Shown here in pieces: positions 40,682 to 49,156 of a DNA stretch of 64,000 nt. Below the pieces are notes generated by a model, which did no database searches, was not told where the DNA came from, and saw nothing but the letters and a program-made list of their open reading frames with translations. Positions within the stretch are counted from its first letter, which is position 1. Each line of letters opens with the position of its first letter. This stretch comes from Burkholderiales bacterium (GTDB taxonomy: Bacteria; Pseudomonadota; Gammaproteobacteria; Burkholderiales; SG8-39), in contig JBOIFE010000116.1 in the NCBI GenBank assembly GCA_050741015.1, positions 108 to 64,107 on the forward strand. Reading direction: 5' to 3'. The position numbers were made by a program, and so were the translations under genes.

Positions 40682-41410
40682 CTACGGTTGCCGAGCAACT
40701 CGCCAGTTCTCCCAAATGAATGGGTATTGGTAAGTAAGCGTGTGCGTTAACTGCAGCGCGGCGTGGATCTTCTTCATCCGATTTACCGCGTCCGGTACAA
40801 AATCATGGAACTGTACCTGGATATTATCGATCCTCTTTACGGTGCCTCGAACAATCAGATGCTCCAATAGCTCATACTCCGCGCCCTCAATATTTATCTT
40901 CATTAGATCGACACGTCCAGGAAAGTGTTTATCCAAGAAATCCGCGCCCGCGACTATGTCGATGGATTGAGCTTCACCATTTCGCTCACCTACGAAAGTT
41001 GAAGCGTCACCTGCGATTGTAATTTTCTCATTCCGGTCGCTTCCACCCAGACCAAACGGAAAAACGTGTATCCGATCGTTCGCACGGAATCGTCGCTTGA
41101 TGCTCTCACAGTATGCGTTGACCGGCTCAAAGATATGCACATCACACAAGTGCATTCCGAAAATATCGCTCGCCCACTGCCCTTCAAATCCGCCCACGTC
41201 CAAAACAACGGACTCTCGTCGCAGGTCATAGTCGAGCCTTAGCGTTTTATCACCTCTCACCGCAACCCATTCGCGGTGTGCTTCAACAATCATTTGCTTA
41301 ATGGGGTTAGGTTGCTCCACCGGCTGTGAGCGCCTGATAGAGCTGAGGCCGGGCAGACTTCCGATCCGCCGTCGTATTCGACCAAATAGCGCGCTTGGGT
41401 CAATAGGCAT
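40682..41410 (-). CDS. FkbM-family methyltransferase
   Basis: VLDVGGFEGQW and LMKINIEGAEYELL. Confidence 0.75.
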   Translation of the reverse strand: MPIDPSALFGRIRRRIGSLPGLSSIRRSQPVEQPNPIKQMIVEAHREWVAVRGDKTLRLDYDLRRESVVLDVGGFEGQWASDIFGMHLCDVHIFEPVNAYCESIKRRFRANDRIHVFPFGLGGSDRNEKITIAGDASTFVGERNGEAQSIDIVAGADFLDKHFPGRVDLMKINIEGAEYELLEHLIVRGTVKRIDNIQVQFHDFVPDAVNRMKKIHAALQLTHTLTYQYPFIWENWRVARQP

Positions 41411-41490
41411 GGTGGAGCTGTCGAATGACTACAAGGGGGTCGCTTCTTTCCTCGAGGACGACATCTTTTGGAATCCACCACCTGCGGCGA

Positions 41491-42360
41491 CTAGGTGTTC
41501 TTCCGAAACAACTGCACCGGCATTAGGCGACCTTCGCTGTCGACCCGATCTTGTCGTACTTTGTCCGCGGATCGCGTTCGCCACCATAGATCAACACTGT
41601 CTCTCAACTTGGGGCCACGGAAAGCGGGCACATACACAGGTTGCGCGGTCAAGTAGCAGTTACCGCGGTAGTCGCTTACCAAGTAGGTGAGATGAGCATT
41701 GGGAAACGATGCCTCTAGGTCAAATTCGGGCACCTCGAGTTTGTGAAAGTCGTCCGAGTGAACGAATATGCAGTTCGAGTCCGTCATGCATGCAAGCTTG
41801 TATCCCCTTTCAGCCGCAGCTCGCGTGATCGCCAATCCCGATGAGCCCAAATTACCGCCAGGTGACTGAAATAAGTCCAAGTGAGGCGGTATAGTCGGGT
41901 TGTACTCGACGACCAATACCCTTGGACGGATATTCTTCAGTGAACAGAGGATGTGATAGTCGTCGCCATCAATGTCGATACAAAGCAGATCTAGGTCTCT
42001 TTCCTCGTACCTAGCGCGTTTCACGAGGGAGTCGAGAGAGTCGTTTCCGCTTGGCGCCACAAATGCATTTAATACGGTGACCAAAGAGTTCGTGAGGACC
42101 CTTTGCCGTAACTGGGCACAGCGAGCTGTGTCCCCTTCTATGAGCAGCGCGCTCCACCCTTGGTCGTGCCAAAGTCGATAGGTATTGCTGAGATGCTTTC
42201 CATCCCAGGCTCCAAACTCGATACAGGTCTTTGTGCGCGGGACGATCCGGCGGAAAATTTCCTCGATAATTCCATCCTCGCCAAATTGCGACGTAATGTT
42301 CCTCGCATAGTTCGCGAGGGGTGGGGCACTGCTTCGAGGTTCTATATTCACGGTCATCAT
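41491..42360 (-). CDS. FkbM-like methyltransferase
   Basis: SQFGEDGIIEEIF, CIEFGAWDGKHLSNT, WSALLIEGD, LLCIDIDGDDYHIL and VLVVEYN. Confidence 0.6.
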   Translation of the reverse strand: MMTVNIEPRSSAPPLANYARNITSQFGEDGIIEEIFRRIVPRTKTCIEFGAWDGKHLSNTYRLWHDQGWSALLIEGDTARCAQLRQRVLTNSLVTVLNAFVAPSGNDSLDSLVKRARYEERDLDLLCIDIDGDDYHILCSLKNIRPRVLVVEYNPTIPPHLDLFQSPGGNLGSSGLAITRAAAERGYKLACMTDSNCIFVHSDDFHKLEVPEFDLEASFPNAHLTYLVSDYRGNCYLTAQPVYVPAFRGPKLRDSVDLWWRTRSADKVRQDRVDSEGRLMPVQLFRKNT

Positions 42361-42413
42361 TCAATTTGCTCTTAACTAGGAAATGCTTCAATCAACACTC
42401 AGGAGCCAGCGCG

Positions 42414-43718
42414 TCAACCTACCTCTCGGAAGCCCCGAGACTCGTCCACCCAAGGCAGTACAGGCGCCAACATCGTGGGCCTCTTGTTGATCCAGTACGG
42501 TGAATCGCTGCTTCCGCCTTGCACTTCCATGTAAATTGTCGGGACACGCTGACGCGGCTCGAATAGCCATTCCGAATAGTGCAATCCACCAATCAGTTCC
42601 AGCTGATAGACACCTTCATTCAACAATCGTGGCGGAATTCTGGATCGCACCATATGCGATCCGGGTTCCAGTTTCACCGTTGTGCCATCTCCAGCATCTG
42701 TGTTGTATGACCAGTAAAGGCATGCCCCCTCCTGCGTATATAGCGCATAGCCTATCGTAAGGTTTTCGTTGAATTGCTCCACCTTTCCTTCAATTGTCAC
42801 GTATGCATCTTCGTCGGCTCTCATCGGCATTTGAAGTGGCCTCCCGTTCTCAGATGCAACATAGAAGCGCTTCGGCGAAAAGTATGGATTTTCATACTCC
42901 CCACCGCCATTTTCCCAAATCGAGCTCGCGTGACTAGCATTCATACCTACGTAGCTTCGAATTACCGAATCGACGTCATCCGAGTACAACGCAAGTCTCC
43001 CCTCGGAGATGAGCATCGCGCTCGTGCACAATTGACGGACCGCGCTCATGTTGTGGCTGACAAACAGCACAGTCCGCCCGCTTTGAGCCACTTCCGCCAT
43101 TCGCCCTAAGCACTTCCTCTGGAAAGAAACATCCCCAACCGCCAGCACCTCGTCCACCACAAGAATCTCCGGCTCCAGGTGTGCCGAGACCGCGAATGCT
43201 AGACGGACATACATGCCGCTCGAGTAGCGCTTGACCGGTGTATCTAGGAACCTCTCGATCTCCGCAAAAGACACTATGTCGTCAAACTTGCGTTGGATCT
43301 CGCTTCCACTCATGCCCAGTATCGCGCCATTCAAGAAGATGTTTTCGCGGCCTGTGAGCTCTGGATGAAACCCCGTTCCGACCTCAAGCAGGCTTGAAAC
43401 CCTTCCGCACATAGTTACGCGGCCCGCAGTGGGCGCGGTGATCCGAGAGAGAATCTTAAGAAGCGTGGACTTCCCCGCCCCATTCTTTCCAATGATTCCT
43501 ACGCGCGCTCCCTCTCTCACCTCGAAATTGATATCTTGTAGGGCCCAGAAGGACTCACTGTGTACATTGGATTCGTTCCGACGAAATGGGTTGATCAATC
43601 GCCGGCCAAACCCTCTGGCGGCCGCGCTCAGAGCATCGCGGAGCGTGTTATAGCGATCCGCGTGCTCATGTCGGATCACATAAGACTTTCCTAGCCCTTC
43701 AGCTTTTATCGCTAACAC
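42414..43718 (-). CDS. wzt: O-antigen/teichoic-type ABC exporter ATP-binding protein with C-terminal glycan-binding extension
   Basis: GTG start. Walker A GKNGAGKST, Wzt/TagH-type signature YSSGM, Walker B ILVVDEVLAVGD. About 180 extra C-terminal residues, predicted beta-rich, as in Wzt_C carbohydrate-binding domains. Confidence 0.85.
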   Translation of the reverse strand: MLAIKAEGLGKSYVIRHEHADRYNTLRDALSAAARGFGRRLINPFRRNESNVHSESFWALQDINFEVREGARVGIIGKNGAGKSTLLKILSRITAPTAGRVTMCGRVSSLLEVGTGFHPELTGRENIFLNGAILGMSGSEIQRKFDDIVSFAEIERFLDTPVKRYSSGMYVRLAFAVSAHLEPEILVVDEVLAVGDVSFQRKCLGRMAEVAQSGRTVLFVSHNMSAVRQLCTSAMLISEGRLALYSDDVDSVIRSYVGMNASHASSIWENGGGEYENPYFSPKRFYVASENGRPLQMPMRADEDAYVTIEGKVEQFNENLTIGYALYTQEGACLYWSYNTDAGDGTTVKLEPGSHMVRSRIPPRLLNEGVYQLELIGGLHYSEWLFEPRQRVPTIYMEVQGGSSDSPYWINKRPTMLAPVLPWVDESRGFREVG

Positions 43719-43727
43719 CGTGTCCTA

Positions 43728-44555
43728 CTAAATTACGTCGGCAAAGGTACGTTCGACGCGCCGAAAATATGCCATACCACTAATCAGTAGTAACGCGACC
43801 AGCACCATCGATAGAACGAAGCCTGGCCAGTAGAGTTGTGTACGCCCCGCTAAGAGAGACCAGCGGAAGCCGTCGATTACCCCGACCATGGGATTCAACG
43901 AGTAAACAAGTCGCCATCTTTCGGGGACTACCGAACTGCTGAAGCCTACGGGGGAGATAAACAGGCCCAACTGCAATATGAACGGAATGAGGTACCTGAA
44001 ATCGCGATACTTGACGTTTAACGCCGCCATCCACAATCCCGTGCCAAGGGCCGCGCTGGCGCCCGCAATGACGAACAACGGTAGTGCGAGCGCGCGCCAG
44101 TCTGGGAGCAGTTGATACCAGACCATCAATCCCATGAGGATTAGCAACGAAACGAGGAAGTCGGCAAACGCAACGACCACTGTGCTTGCAGGTATCAGCA
44201 GACGAGGAAAATACGTCTTTGAGATTAGGCTTGCGTTCCCGATCAAACTATTCGCGACCTCCGAGAATGCGCTTGAGAAAAATTGCCAAGGTAGCATGGC
44301 AGCGGACACGAGAATTGGATACGGGACGCCGTCTGAGGGAAGGCCGGCCAGACGACCAAAGACAACGGTAAAGACTACGATGGTCAGAAGCGGCTTTATG
44401 AGCGCCCACAACACCCCGATCGCGGTCTGCTTGTAGCGAACCAATATGTCGCGCCACGCAAGGAAATAGAACAACTGCCGGTACCGCCAAAGGTCGCGCC
44501 AATAGTGGCGTTCGGCTCGGCCAGCCTCGATGACTAATGTCGGCTTGGTTTCCAT
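43728..44555 (-). CDS. wzm: ABC-2-type polysaccharide exporter permease
   Basis: 275 aa with six hydrophobic segments. N-terminus YWRDLWRYRQLFYFLAWRDILVRYKQTAIGVLWA, typical of Wzm/TagG. Confidence 0.85.
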   Translation of the reverse strand: METKPTLVIEAGRAERHYWRDLWRYRQLFYFLAWRDILVRYKQTAIGVLWALIKPLLTIVVFTVVFGRLAGLPSDGVPYPILVSAAMLPWQFFSSAFSEVANSLIGNASLISKTYFPRLLIPASTVVVAFADFLVSLLILMGLMVWYQLLPDWRALALPLFVIAGASAALGTGLWMAALNVKYRDFRYLIPFILQLGLFISPVGFSSSVVPERWRLVYSLNPMVGVIDGFRWSLLAGRTQLYWPGFVLSMVLVALLLISGMAYFRRVERTFADVI

Positions 44556-44565
44556 GAACGAACAG

Positions 44566-45591
44566 CTACCTCAAAACGCGCGCGTGTACCTTCGACAATT
44601 TCCGCGAGTTCGCTTCCCACCGATAAGCAGTTGAGCAGCTGTCCGCCAGATCAGCATGCGCCGGCCGCCATCCGAGTACATTCCTGATCTTCGCCGATTC
44701 TGAGACCAACTCCACCGAATCCCCCGCCCTCCTCGTCCCCTCCTCGATCCGCAGCCTTATCCCGGCCGCCTTTTCCACCTCCAGCAACACCTCCCGCACG
44801 CTGTACCCACGCCCATACCCGACGTTGAATGTATTCGACGCACCACCATTTTCCAGATAGCGCAGCGCATCCATGTGCGCGCGCGCAAGGTCCTCGACAT
44901 GGATGTAGTCGCGAATGCACGTGCCGTCGGGCGTCGGGTAGTCGGTGCCGAAAATCGTGACCTTCTCCCGCGCGCCGCACGCGGCCTCGCAGGCGATCTT
45001 GATGAGGTGCGTCGCGTTTTCGGTCGCCTGGCCGAGCGTACCGTCGAGGCTCGCGCCCGCCACGTTGAAGTAGCGCAGGATCACGTGCCGCAAGGCGCCC
45101 GCCGCTCCGCTCGCGGCGACGTCTTCGAGCATCCACTCGGTGATGAGCTTCGACTTGCCGTACGGGTTGATCGGGCGCGTCGGCGCAGTCTCGGCGACCG
45201 GAACTTTCTCCGGCGTGCCATACACCGCAGCGGTCGACGAAAAGATGAACCGGGAGATGTTCTTGCACACGCAGACCTCGATCAGGTTGCGCGAGACACC
45301 GGTGTTGTTGCCGTAGTACTTGAGCGGATCGACTACCGACTCCGAGACGACGATGCTGCCTGCGAAGTGGATCACCGCTTCGACTCTGTGCTCGTCAATC
45401 AGCGCGCCGACGAGCGCAGTGTCGCCCGCGTTGCCGACTACCAGCGTCGCCTCGGGCGCCACCGCCCAGCGGTGTCCCGTGGAAAGATCGTCCAGCACGA
45501 CGACGCGGTGGCGCGCGGCAATCAACTGCCGCACCGTATGCGAGCCGATGTAGCCCGCGCCGCCCGTGACCAGGACCGTTCCGCTCGTCAT
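44566..45591 (-). CDS. galE: UDP-glucose 4-epimerase
   Basis: Internal ATG giving MTSGTVLVTGGAGYIGSH. Motifs FSSTAAVYG, YGKSKLITE and RDYIHVEDLA. Confidence 0.85.
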   Translation of the reverse strand: MTSGTVLVTGGAGYIGSHTVRQLIAARHRVVVLDDLSTGHRWAVAPEATLVVGNAGDTALVGALIDEHRVEAVIHFAGSIVVSESVVDPLKYYGNNTGVSRNLIEVCVCKNISRFIFSSTAAVYGTPEKVPVAETAPTRPINPYGKSKLITEWMLEDVAASGAAGALRHVILRYFNVAGASLDGTLGQATENATHLIKIACEAACGAREKVTIFGTDYPTPDGTCIRDYIHVEDLARAHMDALRYLENGGASNTFNVGYGRGYSVREVLLEVEKAAGIRLRIEEGTRRAGDSVELVSESAKIRNVLGWRPAHADLADSCSTAYRWEANSRKLSKVHARVLR

Positions 45592-45625
45592 GAGTCCGTG
45601 ATTGTATGGGAAACTTGCGACGCCG

Positions 45626-46486
45626 ATGGCGACGTTCTCGATCCTCATCCCAAGCTGGAACAACCTGCCTTACCTGCGCCTGTGCGTAGAGAGCCTGCGC
45701 CGGCATTCCGCGCGCGAACACCAGGTTGTCGTGCATGCAAATCCCGGTACGGACGGCACTCGCGAATGGTTGCTCGAAGAACGCATCGACCACACCGCGA
45801 GCGACGTAAACATCGGCATTTGCCACGCGCTCAACATTGCCGCGACCAAAGCGCGCTGCGAGTACCTTATCTACGTAAATGACGACATGGTCTTTGCGCC
45901 AGGATGGGACGTGGCGCTGGATCGTGCAATCGAGCGCGTTGCGCGCAACGAAATGTTTACGCTATCCGCGACCATGATCGAGCCGGTCGCCACCGGCAAT
46001 TCCTGCGTGGTAATCGCGAACTACGGGCGCGACCCGGCGAGCTTCGAGCTCGAGCGCTTTGCGAGCGATGCGCCTAAACTCGCGCGGGCGGATTGGCTCG
46101 GCGCAACCTGGTCGCCAACTCTGGTCGCTCGTTCGCTCTGGCACCAAGTCGGCGGATACAGCATCGAATTCTCGCCCGGCATGAGCAGCGAGAATGACTT
46201 TTCGATGAAGCTATGGAGCGCCGGATGCCGCGTATTTCTCGGCGTCGGCGACAGTCTCGTGTATCACTTCGCGGAAGTCTCGACGCGGCGCATGCGCAAG
46301 AACGACGGCCGGCAACAGTTCCTGCTCAAATGGGGCACTACGCAGTCGGCCTTCAGCAAGTACTATTTGCGTCGCGGCGATGTCGTGCCCTCAGGGGAAC
46401 AAGGGGTTCGCCTCCCGGAGCCTGAGCCCTCGTGGGGATTGCGGTGGCAGGGCGTCAAGGCCCAATTGAAGCGCCGCCTCGGTTGA
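45626..46486 (+). CDS. glycosyltransferase family 2-like
   Basis: FSILIPSWNNLPYLRLCVESL and YVNDDMVF. ATG at 45626 preferred over TTG at 45602. Confidence 0.7.
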   Translation: MATFSILIPSWNNLPYLRLCVESLRRHSAREHQVVVHANPGTDGTREWLLEERIDHTASDVNIGICHALNIAATKARCEYLIYVNDDMVFAPGWDVALDRAIERVARNEMFTLSATMIEPVATGNSCVVIANYGRDPASFELERFASDAPKLARADWLGATWSPTLVARSLWHQVGGYSIEFSPGMSSENDFSMKLWSAGCRVFLGVGDSLVYHFAEVSTRRMRKNDGRQQFLLKWGTTQSAFSKYYLRRGDVVPSGEQGVRLPEPEPSWGLRWQGVKAQLKRRLG

Positions 46487-46499
46487 ACGACTTGCGCGC

Positions 46500-46527
46500 C
46501 GCGACGACCTCCCGGAGGTTGCTCGCG
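46500..46527. terminator. imperfect hairpin between convergent genes (possible bidirectional terminator)
   Basis: CGCGACGACCTCC-C-GGAGGTTGCTCGCG. The stem is imperfect and there is no U-tract. It lies in the 47-nt gap between convergent stops. Confidence 0.25.
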
Positions 46528-46533
46528 ACGGCT

Positions 46534-47400
46534 TCACTCGCCACTGGCGTACTTGGCACGCAAGTAGGCCCCGAGGGCTTCGTTCCAACTACGCATCGTT
46601 ACGCCCAGGGCCCGCGCCTTGGTGTTCCCTAGAATCGAATAGAGCGGCCGGCGCATGCCGCCTGTCCTGCCGCCGCGGTCCACCGGCACGACCTCTGTCT
46701 GCGTGCCGCACAGACGCACGATCTCGCAGGTGAACTCGTACCAGGAACATTCGCCCTCGTTCACCAGGTGGTAGATACCCGGCGGCGCGAATTTCCCCAG
46801 CAGCGCATAGACGGCGCGGCTGAGGTCCTCGGTTGACGTCGGCGACACGACCTGCTCACTCGCCATCTCAATGCGCTTGCCGGCGCGCGCCTCGGTCACA
46901 CGGGCATCGACGAAGTTACCGCCCTTGGATCGCGCCCCGGAGCGCCCGTAGAGGCCGCACGTGCGTATCACCACGGCGTGCGCCGGCGCCGAGGCGAGCG
47001 CCGCGTACTCGCCGGCCAGCCGGCTCAAGCCGTAGACCTGCAAGGGGAACGGCCGGTCGTCCTCGCGCCAGGGCTCGCAGCGCGCGCCGCCGAAGACATA
47101 GTCGCTGCTAAAGGTCACCAGGCGCGCGTCCTGCCCGGCACAGGCCACGGCCAGATCCCGCACCGCCGTACAGTTAACCAGAAACGCCTGGCTCGGCTCG
47201 TCCTCGCATCGGAGCAGGTTGTGGAAAGCGGCGCAGTTGATCACTACATCGGGGCGCGAGGCCGCGACAAGTCGCGCGCCTTCCCCCGCCCGCGCGAGAT
47301 CGAGCTCCGCGCGCGACGGCGCGACGATCTCGTGACCGGGGTTGCTGCGCAGCAGGTCGCCGCCGAGTTGCCCGGTGGCGCCGATCAGCAGGATCTTCAT
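46534..47400 (-). CDS. RmlD-like NDP-4-ketohexose reductase (catalytic motif reads YxxxR)
   Basis: ATGA overlap start. Motif MKILLIGATGQLGGDL. The position equivalent to VYGxSKLAGE reads VYGLSRLAGE, with the Arg encoded by CGG (checked on the DNA). Confidence 0.75.
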   Translation of the reverse strand: MKILLIGATGQLGGDLLRSNPGHEIVAPSRAELDLARAGEGARLVAASRPDVVINCAAFHNLLRCEDEPSQAFLVNCTAVRDLAVACAGQDARLVTFSSDYVFGGARCEPWREDDRPFPLQVYGLSRLAGEYAALASAPAHAVVIRTCGLYGRSGARSKGGNFVDARVTEARAGKRIEMASEQVVSPTSTEDLSRAVYALLGKFAPPGIYHLVNEGECSWYEFTCEIVRLCGTQTEVVPVDRGGRTGGMRRPLYSILGNTKARALGVTMRSWNEALGAYLRAKYASGE

Positions 47401-47924
47401 GGCAGCAGGGCGTAGGAGCGGTCCCGCTCGGACAGCGTGGGCCCAGGCAGGGGCCAGCAGATGGCGAGCTTCGGATCGTCCCAACGCAGCCCGCGCGCGA
47501 GCTCCGGTTGGTAGGGCACCGACATCTGGTAGAGGACCTCGGCGTCGTCGGCGAGCGTCTGGAAACCGTGCGCGAAGCCTTCCGGCACGTACAGCGCGAG
47601 CCGGTTTGCCGCGTTTAGCTCCGCGGCGTGCCAGCGCAGGCGCGTGGCGGATTCCTCGCGCAGATCCACGATCACGTCCCAGATGGCGCCGCGCGTGCAA
47701 CGCACGACCTTGGCCTCCTCGTGTGGTGCCGCTTGGTAGTGCAGGCCACGCAAGGTCCCGCGGTTGTGGTTCCAGGAGACGTTGCATTGCGCCACAGCCG
47801 GGTTGAGACCGTGGCGCCTGAACTCCTCGGCGCAGAACGAGCGCGCGAAGAAGCCACGCTCGTCCTCCAGCCGCTCGAGCTCGATGGCAAAGGCGCCGGC
47901 AAGCGGCAGCGGCACGAATTTCAA
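47397..47924 (-). CDS. RmlC-like NDP-4-ketohexose 3,5-epimerase (cupin)
   Basis: TTG start (TTGA overlap). Motifs DERGFFARSF, LRGLHYQ and PEGFAHGF. Confidence 0.8.
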   Translation of the reverse strand: MKFVPLPLAGAFAIELERLEDERGFFARSFCAEEFRRHGLNPAVAQCNVSWNHNRGTLRGLHYQAAPHEEAKVVRCTRGAIWDVIVDLREESATRLRWHAAELNAANRLALYVPEGFAHGFQTLADDAEVLYQMSVPYQPELARGLRWDDPKLAICWPLPGPTLSERDRSYALLP

Positions 47925-49156
47925 TCGAGAACCCTCGTCTCGGGAATCGGCACCACGAATCGGCCGCCCCACGCATGAATCGCGCCCATCTGCGCTACGA
48001 CCTCGTCCTGCAGGTTCCACGGCAGTATCAGCACGTAGTCGGGCTTGTCCCGCAGGATGCGCTCGGGCGCGTGGATCGGAATGTGCACGCCGGGAAGGAA
48101 ACGCCCCTGCTTGTGCGGGCTGCGGTCCACCGTGTACGCAAGCAGATCCGCCCGGACACCACAATAGTTGAGAAGTGTGTTGCCTTTAGCGGGGGCGCCG
48201 TACCCGACGACACGCTTGCCGACTTCTTTTGCGCCAATGAGAAACTTGAGCAGGCTACGCTTTGCCGAGCGCACCTGGTCGGCGAATGCGCGGTACGTGT
48301 CGGCGCGCTCCAGGCCGGCCGCTCTCTCGCGGTTACGCAACTCCACAACCTTGTTCGACACCGGAAGCGCGGCGTTCGCCGCATGCCGCGCATAGATGCG
48401 CAGCGACCCTCCATGCGTCGGTATCTCGTCCACGTCGAACAGGGTCAGGCCGTGCGCCGCGAATACGTGCTCGGCAACGAGGAAAGAGAGATACGAGAAG
48501 TGTTCATGGTAGATGGTGTCGAACTGGCTCTCCTGCATCAGCCTGAGCAGGTGCGGAAACTCCATGGTCGCCACGCCGCCGGGCTTGAGCAGCACGGTCA
48601 TGCCGCGCACGAAGTCGTTCAGGTCCGGCACGTGCGCGAGCACGTTGTTGCCGAGGATCAGGTCCGCCTTGCGCCCGGCGGAGGCGAGGTCGGTCGCGGT
48701 CTTGGTTCCGAAGAACTTCACCAGCGTCGGCACGCCCTTCTTCTCGGCTACTGCCGCGACATTCGCCGCGGGCTCGATGCCGAGAACGGGAATGCCCTGC
48801 TCTACGAAGTACTGCAACAAGTATCCGTCGTTGCTCGCGATCTCGACCACGAAGCTGGCGGACGCCAGGCCCAGTCGCTTCTTCATCGCGTGCGCGTACG
48901 CCCTCGCGTGCGCCAGCCACGTATCCGAATAAGAGGAGAAGTAGGCGTAGTCGCTAAAGATCTGCTCCGGCGTCTCGAACTCTTCAAGCTGCACGAGAAA
49001 ACACTTTTCACAGACCCAGGCATGCAGCGGATAGAAGCGCTCCATGCGATTCAGGTCTTCTACTTTGAGGTAGGAATTCGATGGCGGCGACATGCCCAGG
49101 TCGGCGAATGAGAGCGTGAGAGGGGCCGCGCAGAAGCGGCAGATTCCCCGCTTCAT
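47921..49156 (-). CDS. NDP-hexose C-methyltransferase (TylC3/TcaB9-like)
   Basis: ATGA overlap start. N-terminal zinc ribbon CRFC..(x)..CEKC, SAM fold VVEIASNDGYLLQYF, and C-terminal C-methyltransferase domain VVGYGAPAKGNTLLNYCGV...PDYVLILPWNL. Confidence 0.75.
   Translation of the reverse strand: MKRGICRFCAAPLTLSFADLGMSPPSNSYLKVEDLNRMERFYPLHAWVCEKCFLVQLEEFETPEQIFSDYAYFSSYSDTWLAHARAYAHAMKKRLGLASASFVVEIASNDGYLLQYFVEQGIPVLGIEPAANVAAVAEKKGVPTLVKFFGTKTATDLASAGRKADLILGNNVLAHVPDLNDFVRGMTVLLKPGGVATMEFPHLLRLMQESQFDTIYHEHFSYLSFLVAEHVFAAHGLTLFDVDEIPTHGGSLRIYARHAANAALPVSNKVVELRNRERAAGLERADTYRAFADQVRSAKRSLLKFLIGAKEVGKRVVGYGAPAKGNTLLNYCGVRADLLAYTVDRSPHKQGRFLPGVHIPIHAPERILRDKPDYVLILPWNLQDEVVAQMGAIHAWGGRFVVPIPETRVLD

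Larger units (their letters stand above)
39767..44565. other. low-GC compositional island inside the glycan locus
   Basis: Hand counts of sampled 60-nt lines give 47-52 % GC here (e.g. lines 40681, 40861, 42721). Flanks at 33.8-39.7 kb are about 57-67 %, and other regions are about 70-80 % (e.g. lines 5221, 25801). No IS, integrase, tRNA or flanking repeat was seen. Confidence 0.7.

Noticed and set aside
39767-44565. The possibility that the low-GC island is a mobile element or genomic island in the strict sense.
   Set aside because: I saw no integrase, transposase or recombinase, no tRNA/tmRNA attachment site, and no flanking direct or inverted repeats by eye. I report it only as a compositional island.
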